19,628 bases of DNA. Origin: Chthoniobacteraceae bacterium. GTDB taxonomy: Bacteria > Verrucomicrobiota > Verrucomicrobiia > Chthoniobacterales > Chthoniobacteraceae. Below, one piece after another: positions 1 to 8,391 of this stretch (within the stretch, counting starts at the first letter, position 1; each line of letters starts with the position of its first letter). The stretch spans positions 1-19,628 of the forward strand of contig JBEBGD010000103.1 in the NCBI GenBank assembly GCA_040081625.1. The letters run 5' to 3'. A model generated the notes under the pieces. The model saw only the letters and a program-made list of their open reading frames with translations, did not search any database and had not been told where the DNA came from. The translations under genes and the position numbers were made by a program.

Positions 1-1
1 G

Positions 2-145
2 AACAAGATCGACGCGGTCCTCTCTGATCCGGTCATGTTCCGAGAGCTCAAGTTTCTAAAAGAGTCCGGCAAGATCGGCGATCCGCTGGTCGCTCGGCAG
101 ATTGACGTGATTTTTCTGAGTTATTTGGAGAAGCAGGTCGATCCG
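2..145 (+). CDS. Fragment of an unrelated gene entering from the left edge, resembling an M2/M3-type metallopeptidase region, interrupted at about nt 140-145
   Basis: The frame from nt 2 reads NKIDAVLSDPVMFRELKFLKESGKIGDPLVARQIDVIFLSYLEKQVDP, which is protein-like. From memory it resembles bacterial peptidyl-dipeptidase (M2/M3-like) proteins. It then runs into antisense hrpA and stops at 176-178. GC counted by hand is 73/140 for nt 1-140 versus 67/100 for nt 141-240. Confidence 0.5.
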
Positions 146-937
146 CTGCTGCTCCGCGGCGGGCATGCGGCCGAATAGCCCGATCACTTCGATGCCCGAG
201 CCGAGGCTGCCTTCGAGCAGTTCGCGCGTTTCGCGGATGTCGCGCTCGGTCGGCATGAAGACGAGCACGTCACCCGCGTCGGATTCGATCAGCGCGTCCT
301 CGGTCGCGCGGACGGCGGCTTCGATGTGGTCGATGTCGTCCGCGTCGTCGGACGGCGCGTAGCGGACCTCCACCGGCCAGAGCCGCCCGGAGACTTCGAT
401 GATCGGCGCGCCGCCGAACGCTTGCGAGAACGCCTCCGTGTCGATCGTCGCTGACGTGATGATGAGCTTCAGCTCAGGCCGTTTGCGCAGCAGCCCCGGC
501 AGATAGCCGAGGAGGAAGTCGATGTTCAGCGAACGCTCGTGCGCTTCATCGAGGATGAGCGCGGAGTAGGCGCGCAGCATCGGGTCCGACTGGATCTCGG
601 CGAGCAGGATGCCGTCGGTCATGAACTTCACCTGCGTGTCGCGCCCGGTGTCGTCGTTGAAGCGCATCTTGCAGCCGACCTCGCGGCCCCACGTCACGCC
701 GAGTTCCTCCGCGACGCGCTTCGAGACGCTCAACGCCGCCACGCGCCGCGGCTGCGTGCAGCCGATCTTCCCGCGCTCCGCGAGCCCGGCATCGAGGCAC
801 ATCTTCGGAAGCTGCGTGGTCTTCCCCGAGCCCGTCTCCCCCGCGACTACAACGACCTGACTCCCGCGAATCGCCGCGACGATCTCCTCGCGCCGCGCGC
901 AGATCGGCAGGTCTTCGGGGTAACGGATCGTGGTCAT
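140..937 (-). pseudogene. hrpA: HrpA DEAH-box RNA helicase, N-terminal part only (truncated; the ORF runs on to a stop at 56-58 in unrelated sequence)
   Basis: Motifs GETGSGKTTQLPK, CTQPRRVAA, MTDGILLAE, DEAH-ERSLNIDFLLG, SAT and VLVFMPTERDI are present. Similarity ends at AAEQQRI. The remainder of RecA2, HA2, OB and the C-terminal domains of the roughly 1300-aa protein are missing. Confidence 0.85.
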
Positions 938-956
938 GCCACCACGCGCCCGGCGA

Positions 957-1622
957 TCAGGCTTGCTGCTTCGGCGCCGTGAGCCTCATCGCCAGGAAAT
1001 AGAGCGCGCAGATGGCCACGATGCCGCCGACCAGTGGCAGCGACTCGTGCTTGATGAGATGCACCATCGCATCCGGGTCGGCGACGAGGTCCACGCTGGG
1101 ATTTTTTTCAAAGACGTGGAGGCTGAACTTCGCGAGCACCCAACACCACACGAACGCGCCGACGGTCGTCATGAGGCTGAAGGTGGCGAAGTTCATCTTG
1201 ATGATGCCCGCCGGGATCGAAATGAGATGCCGCACCACCGGCAGCAGACGCGCGAAGAAAATGCCGCCTGCTTCGTAGCGATGCACGAAGCGCTCGGCGC
1301 GGTCGATTTTCTCCGGCGTGATGTGGACCCACTTCCCGAAGCGCAGGATGAACACGCGCCCGAGCTTGAGCGCGACCCAGTAGGTGATCGCCGAGCCGAT
1401 CCACGAGCCGACCGTGCCCGCGATGACGACGCCCCAGAACGTGATCTTCCACCCCGTGATCGGATCGACCGTGCCCTTCGCCGCCCAATACGCGCCGGGC
1501 GGGATGACGACCTCGCTCGGCACGGGGAAGATCGAGCTCTCCATCGCCATGAGGACGACGATGCCGAGATAGCCCCAGTCATTGAGCAGTTTGAACCAAA
1601 ATGCGATGAGTGCGTGCATCAT
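957..1622 (-). CDS. DedA family membrane protein
   Basis: LMAMESSIFPVPSEVVIPPG and FARLLPVVRHLISIPAGIIKM are DedA motifs, with several hydrophobic segments. The start is placed at the ATG at 1622. Confidence 0.92.
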   Translation of the reverse strand: MMHALIAFWFKLLNDWGYLGIVVLMAMESSIFPVPSEVVIPPGAYWAAKGTVDPITGWKITFWGVVIAGTVGSWIGSAITYWVALKLGRVFILRFGKWVHITPEKIDRAERFVHRYEAGGIFFARLLPVVRHLISIPAGIIKMNFATFSLMTTVGAFVWCWVLAKFSLHVFEKNPSVDLVADPDAMVHLIKHESLPLVGGIVAICALYFLAMRLTAPKQQA

Positions 1623-1672
1623 AAAGGCGCGGGCTGTAGCCGAGGTGCGGGCGCGGGGCAACGCCTGCGCGA

Positions 1673-1748
1673 TCTTATTCTTACTCTTACTCGTAGTCTT
1701 ACTCGGCGCCGTTCAACTCGGATTAAGAGTGGGAGTAGGAATAAGAGT
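1673..1748. repeat. Intergenic imperfect inverted repeat built from hexamer tandem units (TCTTAC)n...(GAGTAA-like)n
   Basis: The left arm 1673-1698 (tcttattcttactcttactcgtagtc) matches the reverse complement of 1721-1746 at 21/26 positions, with a 22-nt spacer. It is AT-rich against a GC-rich background. Confidence 0.85.
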
Positions 1749-1764
1749 CAGCCGCGTTGCGCTG

Positions 1765-3108
1765 CTATTGCCCCGGCAGCGAGATGCCGCGCACCTTCTT
1801 GTAAAGCGACACCGCGTAGCTGTCGGTCATGCCGCTCACGAAATCGGTCATTCGCAGCAGCCGCTCGTAGGGCGAGCCTTCCGGTGCGAGGAACTGCGCG
1901 GGCACGAGGCTGAGCAGCTTCTCGCTTTTGCGCGCGGCTTTCGGCCCGTTGCGCGCGACGTCGTCGGCCGCGCCGTGGAAAATGTCGAGCAACCCGCCGA
2001 GCACTTCGTAGCCCGCGGCCTCGATCTCCACGCCACGCTGCGTGGCGTAAATCGTCGCGCGGCTGCGTCGCTTGATGTGATCGAGCGGATCGCGGGCGGG
2101 GATGTCCAGGCCGAGCAACTCTTCGTCGAACTCGCCCGCGAGCATCGCCGGCTCGTTCGCTAGGAAGGCGTCGGCGACCTGCCGGATCGACACGCCGATC
2201 GCCTGCGCGCGGAGAAAGGCGATCTGATCCTTCGGGTCTGCGTTGCGCGCCGCGCGCTCGCGGTCTTTCAAGTCGCCGGTCACCGCGAGGAAGGCTTCGC
2301 TCACTTCCTCGAACGACAAAAACTTCAGCCGGTAGCCGTCCTCGAAATCGACGAGCCGGTAGCAGATGTCGTCCGCCGCTTCGACGAGGAAGGCGAGAGG
2401 ATGGCGGCACCACCACGTCACGCCTTCGCCACGCGGGATCAGCCCGGTGGCTTCGGCGACCTTCACGAAGAACGATCCCTCCGCGTTGAAGAAGCCGAAC
2501 TTCTTCGCGCTGATGCCGCTTGTCGGACCACGCAGCAAGGCGGTGCGCGGATACTTCGTGAACGCGCCGAGAGCCGCGCACGTCAGCCGCAGGCCCGGGT
2601 TGTCCGGCATTTGCAGCCGCGTGACGATGCGGAAGCCCTGCGCGTTTCCCTCGAAGCACGCGAAGTCCGCGTGCTCGTCCTCCGACAGCTCCCCGCGCGT
2701 CTCCGCGGCGACCGGCGAAGTCTTGAACCAATGCCGGATCGCGTCCTCGCCGGAGTGACCGAAGGGCGGATTGCCAAGGTCGTGCGCGAGCGCGGCGGCG
2801 GAGACGATCGCGCCGAAGTCCGACGCGTGAAAATCCGGCGCGAGCCCGTGGCGCTGCACGATCTCCGCGCCGACTCGCGCACCGAGCGAACGCGCGACGC
2901 TGGCGACTTCGAGCGAGTGCGTGAGCCGCGTGCGCACGTAGTCGTTGTCCGCGAGCGGGAAGACCTGCGTCTTGTCCTGCAACCGGCGGAACGCGGACGA
3001 GAAGACGACGCGATCGGAATCGACGACGAACGGCGAGCGCAGCGGATCGAGCACCGTAGGCCGGTCGGAACCAAGGCGGTCGGCACTGAGAAGCTGCGGC
3101 CAGTTCAT
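1765..3108 (-). CDS. dgt: Deoxyguanosinetriphosphate triphosphohydrolase (HD-domain dGTPase)
   Basis: Motifs FRRLQDKTQVF, RTRLTHSLEV, LAHDLGNPPFGHSGE, FEGNAQGFR, EAADDICY and DFVSGMTDSYA. The ATG at 3108 overlaps the ABC-F stop (ATGA). Confidence 0.95.
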   Translation of the reverse strand: MNWPQLLSADRLGSDRPTVLDPLRSPFVVDSDRVVFSSAFRRLQDKTQVFPLADNDYVRTRLTHSLEVASVARSLGARVGAEIVQRHGLAPDFHASDFGAIVSAAALAHDLGNPPFGHSGEDAIRHWFKTSPVAAETRGELSEDEHADFACFEGNAQGFRIVTRLQMPDNPGLRLTCAALGAFTKYPRTALLRGPTSGISAKKFGFFNAEGSFFVKVAEATGLIPRGEGVTWWCRHPLAFLVEAADDICYRLVDFEDGYRLKFLSFEEVSEAFLAVTGDLKDRERAARNADPKDQIAFLRAQAIGVSIRQVADAFLANEPAMLAGEFDEELLGLDIPARDPLDHIKRRSRATIYATQRGVEIEAAGYEVLGGLLDIFHGAADDVARNGPKAARKSEKLLSLVPAQFLAPEGSPYERLLRMTDFVSGMTDSYAVSLYKKVRGISLPGQ

Positions 3109-4952
3109 GCGGGCGTTTCTTCCGACTGCGCGCCGAGCTTCTCCCACTCCGCGGTCGTCCGCTCGAGGTCCTCGGTCACCACGGTCAGCTCGCGGTTCAG
3201 CTCCATCACCGGGCCACCGGGCGCATAGACTTCCGGCTTCTCGAGCTCCGTGGCGATCTCGCGCTGCCGGCCTTCGAGATGCGCGATGCGCATCTCCAGG
3301 TGCTCGATCTTTTTGCGCCGCTCGCGCTCGGCGCGCTCGATGGCCTTGCGGCTTTCCTTCTGCTCGCGCAGCCCCGGCGCCCTTGTCCCCGCCGTCCGCA
3401 CCGCGACCTCGGCTGGCTGCGCATTCGTGAGCCTGCCTTCGCTCGTCAACGCCACGCGCGCATTCGTCGCGCCGGATTTCTCCAGGTAGTAATCGTAGTC
3501 GCCCGCGTATGGCGTGAGCACCCCGGCGTTGATGTGCAGCACCGTCTTCGCGATCGCGCGGATGAAATGAACGTCGTGGCTGATGAAGACGAGCGTGCCT
3601 TCGTATTGCTGGAGCGCGCCGATGAGCGAGTCGATCGAGCCGATGTCGAGATGCGTCGTCGGCTCGTCCATGAGCAGCAGATTCGGCGGATCGAGCAGCA
3701 GCTTCACGAGCGCGAGCCGCGACTTCTCGCCACCGCTGAGCACCGAGACGGGCTTGAAGACATCGTCGCCGCGGAAAAGAAACGAGCCGAGGACCGTGCG
3801 CGCGGTCTGCTCGCCGACGGGGTTCGGCGAATCGAGCGCGCTCTGGAGCACGGTGTGCCGGGGGTGGAGCTGCTCGATGCGATACTGCGCGAAGTAGCCG
3901 ACCTTCACGTTGTGCCCGGGGTCGCGTTCGCCGCGCTGCACCGGCAACACGCCGCCGAGCAGCTTGAGCAGCGTGGATTTGCCGGCGCCATTCGGCCCCA
4001 CGAGCACCGTGCGCTGCCCGCGCTCGGCTTCGAAGTTCAACGACTCATAGACGACCAATGCGTCGTAGGCGTGCCGCACGTCCTTGAGCGTGATCACGCG
4101 CGAGCCCGAGCGCTGCGGCTGCGGAAAGCTAAACTTCGCGACGCCCTTTTCCGCCGCGAGCGGCGCCTCGATCCTCTCCATACGCTCGATCTGCTTGAGC
4201 TTGCTCTGCGCCTGCGTGGCTTTGCTGGCCTTGGCCCGGAAGCGGTTCACGAAGTCCTGCAAGTGCGCGATCTCGCGCTGCTGGTTCGCGTAGGCGGCCG
4301 CGTGCTGCTCGTCGCGCGCGATCTTCTCGCGCACGAAGTCGTCGTAATTCCCCACGTAGCGCACGAGCCGCGAGCGGCAGATCTCCACGACTGAATTCAC
4401 GAGCTGGTTGAGGAATTCGCGGTCGTGCGAGATCACGAGGATCGCCCCGCGATAGTTGCACAAGTGGCGCTGAAACCACTGGAGCGATTCGAGGTCGAGA
4501 TGGTTTGTCGGCTCGTCGAGCAGCAGCAGGTCGGGCTCCTGCACGAGCAGTCGCGCGAGGTGCGCGCGCATGACCCAGCCACCGCTGAGCGTGCGCGCCG
4601 GCTTCGCGTAGTCGGCCTCGCGAAACGCGAGCCCCGCGAGGATGCGCTTGGCCTTCGGCTCGACTTCCCACGCGTCGTCCTCGCTCGCGTGGGCGGTGGC
4701 GATTTGAAGCACGGTCTCGTCGTCGAAGGGCTTCGACTCCTGCGGCAGGAAACCGATGCTGACCCCGCGCTCGGTGCGGATCGATCCGGCGTCGGGCGTG
4801 TCTTCGCCGAGGATGAGCGAGAAGAGCGTGGACTTGCCTGCGCCGTTCGGCCCGACGAGGCCGAGGCGCTCGCCGGGGCGGACCAGGAGCGACGCATCTT
4901 GAAAGAGGGTGCGCCCGCCGAAGGATTTGGAGACTTGAGAAACCGTGAGCAT
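3105..4952 (-). CDS. ABC-F family ribosome-associated ATPase (YheS/Uup-like) with C-terminal coiled coil
   Basis: Two ABC domains (GPNGAGKST twice; LSGGW and LSGGEK; LLLDEPTNHLD and LLMDEPTTHLD; ISHD twice), an inter-ABC linker, and no transmembrane segments. The start is placed at the ATG at 4952. Confidence 0.95.
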   Translation of the reverse strand: MLTVSQVSKSFGGRTLFQDASLLVRPGERLGLVGPNGAGKSTLFSLILGEDTPDAGSIRTERGVSIGFLPQESKPFDDETVLQIATAHASEDDAWEVEPKAKRILAGLAFREADYAKPARTLSGGWVMRAHLARLLVQEPDLLLLDEPTNHLDLESLQWFQRHLCNYRGAILVISHDREFLNQLVNSVVEICRSRLVRYVGNYDDFVREKIARDEQHAAAYANQQREIAHLQDFVNRFRAKASKATQAQSKLKQIERMERIEAPLAAEKGVAKFSFPQPQRSGSRVITLKDVRHAYDALVVYESLNFEAERGQRTVLVGPNGAGKSTLLKLLGGVLPVQRGERDPGHNVKVGYFAQYRIEQLHPRHTVLQSALDSPNPVGEQTARTVLGSFLFRGDDVFKPVSVLSGGEKSRLALVKLLLDPPNLLLMDEPTTHLDIGSIDSLIGALQQYEGTLVFISHDVHFIRAIAKTVLHINAGVLTPYAGDYDYYLEKSGATNARVALTSEGRLTNAQPAEVAVRTAGTRAPGLREQKESRKAIERAERERRKKIEHLEMRIAHLEGRQREIATELEKPEVYAPGGPVMELNRELTVVTEDLERTTAEWEKLGAQSEETPA

Positions 4953-4954
4953 GG

Positions 4955-4993
4955 AAAAAAAGAAACCGGCAACCGCCGGGCGGCGACAGTTGC
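4955..4993 (-). terminator. Terminator-like hairpin plus U-tract immediately upstream of the ABC-F start
   Basis: The minus strand reads GCAACTGTCG-ccgcc-CGGCGGTTGC (10 bp including two G-U pairs), then cggTTTCTTTTTTTcc-ATG. An alternative stem CCGGC-ggtt-GCCGG is also possible. Confidence 0.35.
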
Positions 4994-5056
4994 GGCGCAC
5001 CGGCCCGCGCGCAAGCCCCTCGCGTGGCACGGCGTCCGCTTTCTCAAACAGGGCAC

Positions 5057-6136
5057 ATGGCCCAGATCGACTCCTACTTTAAGTTCATGAAGGAGCAGAA
5101 CGCGTCGGATTTGCACCTCTCGACGGGCAATCCGCCAATGCTCCGCATCCACGGCGAACTCGTCCGCATCGACATGCCGTCGCTCGAGAACGACCAGCTC
5201 AAATCGCTGGTCTATGAGATCGCGCCGGAAAATAAGATCAAGCAATACGAGGAAACGGGGGACGTGGACTTCGGCTACGAGTTCCCCGGCTTCGCCCGCT
5301 ATCGCGCGAACTTCTTCAACCAGCGCACCGGGATCGCGGCGGTCTTCCGACTCATCCCGAGCAAGGTGCTCACCTTCGAGGACCTGAACCTCCCGCCGGT
5401 GCTCAAGCGCTTCACGGCGCTAAAGAAAGGTATCGTGCTCGTGACGGGGCCGACCGGCTCCGGTAAATCGACGACGCTCGCGGCGATGCTCGATCACGCG
5501 AACCTGCACCGGAAGGATCACATCATCACGATCGAGGACCCGATCGAGTTCGTGCATCGCTCGCAGCAGTCGCTCGTGAATCATCGCGAAGTCGGCCTGC
5601 ACACGAAGTCCTTCGCGGCGGCGCTGCGCGGCGCGCTGCGCGAGGATCCGGACATCATCCTCGTCGGCGAAATGCGCGACCTCGAGACGATCGACCTCGC
5701 GCTCACCGCGGCGGCGACCGGCCATCTCGTCTTCGGCACGCTGCACACGCCGAGCGCGCCGAAGACCATCGATCGCGTGATCGACGTCTTCCCCGCCAAC
5801 CAGCAGAACCAGATCCGCGCGTCGCTCTCCGAGTCGCTCAAGGGAGTGGTCGCACAGACGCTGATGAAGCGCATCGACAAGCCCGGCCGGTGCGCGGCGA
5901 TCGAGGTGCTTGTGTGCGACACGCCGATCGCGAACCTCATCCGCGAGAACAAGACCCACCAGATTCCCGGCATGATGCAGGTGGGAAAAAAGAAGGGTAA
6001 CCAGACGCTCGACGACGCGATCATGGATCACCTCAGGGCCAACCGGATCTCCGCCGAGGAGGCCTACGACAAGGCGAACGACAAAAAGAAATTCCGCGTC
6101 TTCCTCAAGACGCCGCCGGACGACTGGGAGGACTGA
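5057..6136 (+). CDS. pilT: Type IV pilus retraction ATPase PilT
   Basis: Motifs ASDLHL, GPTGSGKSTT, TIEDPIE, ALREDPDIILVGEMRD and GHLVFGTLHT, plus PIANLIRE (an AIRNLIRE-like motif). The start is the ATG at 5057. Confidence 0.95.
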   Translation: MAQIDSYFKFMKEQNASDLHLSTGNPPMLRIHGELVRIDMPSLENDQLKSLVYEIAPENKIKQYEETGDVDFGYEFPGFARYRANFFNQRTGIAAVFRLIPSKVLTFEDLNLPPVLKRFTALKKGIVLVTGPTGSGKSTTLAAMLDHANLHRKDHIITIEDPIEFVHRSQQSLVNHREVGLHTKSFAAALRGALREDPDIILVGEMRDLETIDLALTAAATGHLVFGTLHTPSAPKTIDRVIDVFPANQQNQIRASLSESLKGVVAQTLMKRIDKPGRCAAIEVLVCDTPIANLIRENKTHQIPGMMQVGKKKGNQTLDDAIMDHLRANRISAEEAYDKANDKKKFRVFLKTPPDDWED

Positions 6137-6145
6137 CCACCGCAT

Positions 6146-7354
6146 ATGCGCCGCGCTGAACTCGACCAACTCCTCGCTTCGATGCTGTCCACTCATCCGG
6201 ACATCAGCGATCTGCTTTTCACCGTCGGCCGGCCCTACCAGGTCGAGAGCTTCGGCGTGTTGCACCCGGCGAAAGTGGAGCCGCACATCACCTCGCTCAC
6301 ACGCTTCCAGACTGAGCGCATCGCCTTGAACATCATCGGCTCGGATCGGCGGCTCTTGCGCGAACTGGTCGCGCGCGGCGCGTGCGATTGCGGCTACCAG
6401 CTCGGCGAATACGCGCGCTTCCGCGTGAACATCTTCCGCCAGCGCGGCAATCTATCGATCATCATGCGCAAGATGCAGGATGCGATGCCGTCGCTCGAGT
6501 CGCTCGGGCTCCAGCCCATCTTTGAAGACATGTGCCGTGAGCGGACGGGGCTGATCCTGGTGACGGGCGCGACGGGCAGCGGCAAGACGACCACGCTCTC
6601 GGCGATGCTCAGCGAGATCAACGCGAAGCAGGCCGTGCATGTGGTCACCCTCGAGGATCCGATCGAGTTCATCCACACGCACCGCAAGGCGACCTTCAAC
6701 CAGCGCGAACTCGGCACCGACTTCGAGAGCTATCCGATCGGCCTGCGCTCCGCTTTGCGGCAGGCGCCGAAGGTCATCCTCGTCGGCGAGATGCGCGACC
6801 GCGCCACGCTCGATATCGCGCTCACTGCGGCTGAGACGGGCCACCTCGTGCTCTCGACCATCCACACGATCAACGCCGGCCAGGCCATCAATCGCATCCT
6901 CGGCATGTTCGACTCTGGCGAAGAAACCCAGCTTCGCCTGCGGCTCGCCGAGCTGCTGCGCTGGGTGGTCAGCCAGCGACTCGCGCCGAAGGTCGGCGGC
7001 GGACGCGTGCTGATCAACGAGATCATGGGCTCGAACCTCCGGACGCGCGAAGCGATCATCCATGGTGAAGACGAAGGCCGCAGCTTTTACGAGATCATCG
7101 AGGCGCAGGCGACCTTCGGGTGGACGACTTTCGATCAATCGCTGCGGCAGTCATTCGAGGCTGGCACGATCACCGAGGAGACCGCTGAGCTTTACTCCAC
7201 CAACAAGGCGCGCATGACCCGATTCATCGACGACGTGAACAAGCAGCGCGGCCTCACCGACGACAAACCCACGGGGATGCGACTCGACATCGAAGCGTCG
7301 GCGCGCCCCGCGCGGCCGCCTGAACTGCCCGTGGCGGGCATGCGCATCAAATGA
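6146..7354 (+). CDS. Second PilT/PilU family ATPase (PilU-like; no AIRNLIRE motif)
   Basis: Motifs GATGSGKTTT, TLEDPIE, LRQAPKVILVGEMRD and GHLVLSTIHT. It starts 9 nt after the pilT stop. Confidence 0.92.
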   Translation: MRRAELDQLLASMLSTHPDISDLLFTVGRPYQVESFGVLHPAKVEPHITSLTRFQTERIALNIIGSDRRLLRELVARGACDCGYQLGEYARFRVNIFRQRGNLSIIMRKMQDAMPSLESLGLQPIFEDMCRERTGLILVTGATGSGKTTTLSAMLSEINAKQAVHVVTLEDPIEFIHTHRKATFNQRELGTDFESYPIGLRSALRQAPKVILVGEMRDRATLDIALTAAETGHLVLSTIHTINAGQAINRILGMFDSGEETQLRLRLAELLRWVVSQRLAPKVGGGRVLINEIMGSNLRTREAIIHGEDEGRSFYEIIEAQATFGWTTFDQSLRQSFEAGTITEETAELYSTNKARMTRFIDDVNKQRGLTDDKPTGMRLDIEASARPARPPELPVAGMRIK

Positions 7355-7830
7355 ACAACTCGCAGCCCACTTCGCCTCAATTCGACGTGTGTGATCCCGG
7401 GGACAAGACCGCGCTGGTCTGCATGGATGTGCCGGAGATGGAGAGGCTCGTTGTCGAGCAACTCGGCGGCCTCGGTTACAAGACCCACACGGGATTCTCC
7501 ATCGAGGACATCCACTTCAAGATGCGCGCGCATCCTTACGACATCCTCGTCATCGCGGAAAACTTCGGCGCGTCAGACGCTTCGACCAATTTGTTGCTGG
7601 CTGAGACGATCTCCTCGCCTCCTTCGCAACGACATCATCAGCTCGTCGTGCTAGTGGGCGCCGGCATGTGCACCTCGGACGAAACCCAGGCGTTCGCGCA
7701 CAGCGTGGACGTGGTCGTCAGCCTCGCCGACATCAACAATCTGCGCCCGGTCCTCCGCCGCGCTGCGCTGCGCCAGCAGGAGTTTTACGCCCCTTACCTC
7801 GAGGCACTCGCCGGCCCCAGGCTCGCGTAG
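7351..7830 (+). CDS. Hypothetical protein with a degenerate CheY-like (receiver-like) pattern, coupled to the PilT pair
   Basis: ATGA overlap with the upstream gene. The alternating beta/alpha pattern (TALVCMD, LGGLGY, YDILVIAENF, LVVLVG, VDVVV) is receiver-like, but there is no Asp at the canonical phosphoacceptor position. Confidence 0.7.
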   Translation: MNNSQPTSPQFDVCDPGDKTALVCMDVPEMERLVVEQLGGLGYKTHTGFSIEDIHFKMRAHPYDILVIAENFGASDASTNLLLAETISSPPSQRHHQLVVLVGAGMCTSDETQAFAHSVDVVVSLADINNLRPVLRRAALRQQEFYAPYLEALAGPRLA

Positions 7831-8190
7831 CTACGCCGCACGGCGCACCCACTGGATGGTGCGGATCGAACTGGTCGTGTGCGTCATGCGCACGCCTTCG
7901 ATCAGGAAGTTGAACTCGAGATTTCCGCCGCAGAAAAGCCGGTCCGGGCTGATCGTCGAGGACAAGCCGAACGTGCAGCCCATGATCTTGACGCGTCCCG
8001 ACGGGCGATCCGGGCGGTTGGTCGTCAGCTCCGCGACGCGCTCCGCATCGACGAGCGTCAGCGAGTAGAGCGTGTTTTTCGTGACCACGCGCAGCAGATC
8101 CCCGGGCGCGACGCCGGCGAGATCGAGGTCGGCGTGGTCCGATTCAGCGTGCTGCTTGAGGCGTGCGAGCCAGTCGATGAGAACGCGCAT
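7831..8190 (-). CDS. Hypothetical protein, 119 aa, probably beta-rich
   Basis: Protein-like sequence from the ATG at 8190 (MRVLIDWL...GDLLRVVTKNTLY...GCTFG...GGNLEF...TTSSIRTI). Its stop abuts the stop of the convergent gene. Confidence 0.75.
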   Translation of the reverse strand: MRVLIDWLARLKQHAESDHADLDLAGVAPGDLLRVVTKNTLYSLTLVDAERVAELTTNRPDRPSGRVKIMGCTFGLSSTISPDRLFCGGNLEFNFLIEGVRMTHTTSSIRTIQWVRRAA

Positions 8191-8290
8191 GGTCTTGCCC
8201 CAAGTGAACCGAGCCTTGCCGCGTTGACAAGCGAAGCGTTGTTTCGGCGAGGGCGCGCGCCCGGATGACATGAAAAGTTTTTCCGCGGAT

Positions 8291-8318
8291 TTGATTCCGA
8301 CTTTGCGGGGCGTATGAT
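8291..8318 (+). promoter_or_regulatory. Sigma70-like promoter TTGATT-16-TATGAT
   Basis: -35 at 8291-8296 and -10 at 8313-8318, with an AT-rich tract (gaaaagttttt) upstream. Confidence 0.6.
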
Positions 8319-8325
8319 TGATGCC

Positions 8326-8391
8326 GTTGGGTGTTTGTGTGTTGGGTTGCAACGAACCGTGCGGGCTGCCTCCCGCACGGTTCCACTTTTT
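8326..8391 (+). ncRNA. Candidate small RNA A (about 66 nt) with a G/U-only 5' loop and an intrinsic terminator
   Basis: It follows the promoter. Sequence: GUUG-GGUGUUUGUGUGUUGGGUUG-CAAC, then a perfect 12-bp stem and CACUUUUU. There is no credible CDS here. Confidence 0.6.
8354..8391 (+). terminator. Rho-independent terminator
   Basis: GAACCGTGCGGG (8354-8365), loop ctgcct, CCCGCACGGTTC (8372-8383), then cacttttt. Confidence 0.8.

Noticed and set aside
1765..3108. dGTPase as an anti-phage defence gene
   Set aside because: The context is housekeeping (coupled to ABC-F, followed by dedA and hrpA), with normal composition and no defence or mobile neighbours.
8225..8260. Perfect TTGACA -35 box
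   Set aside because: There is no plausible -10 hexamer 16-18 nt downstream.
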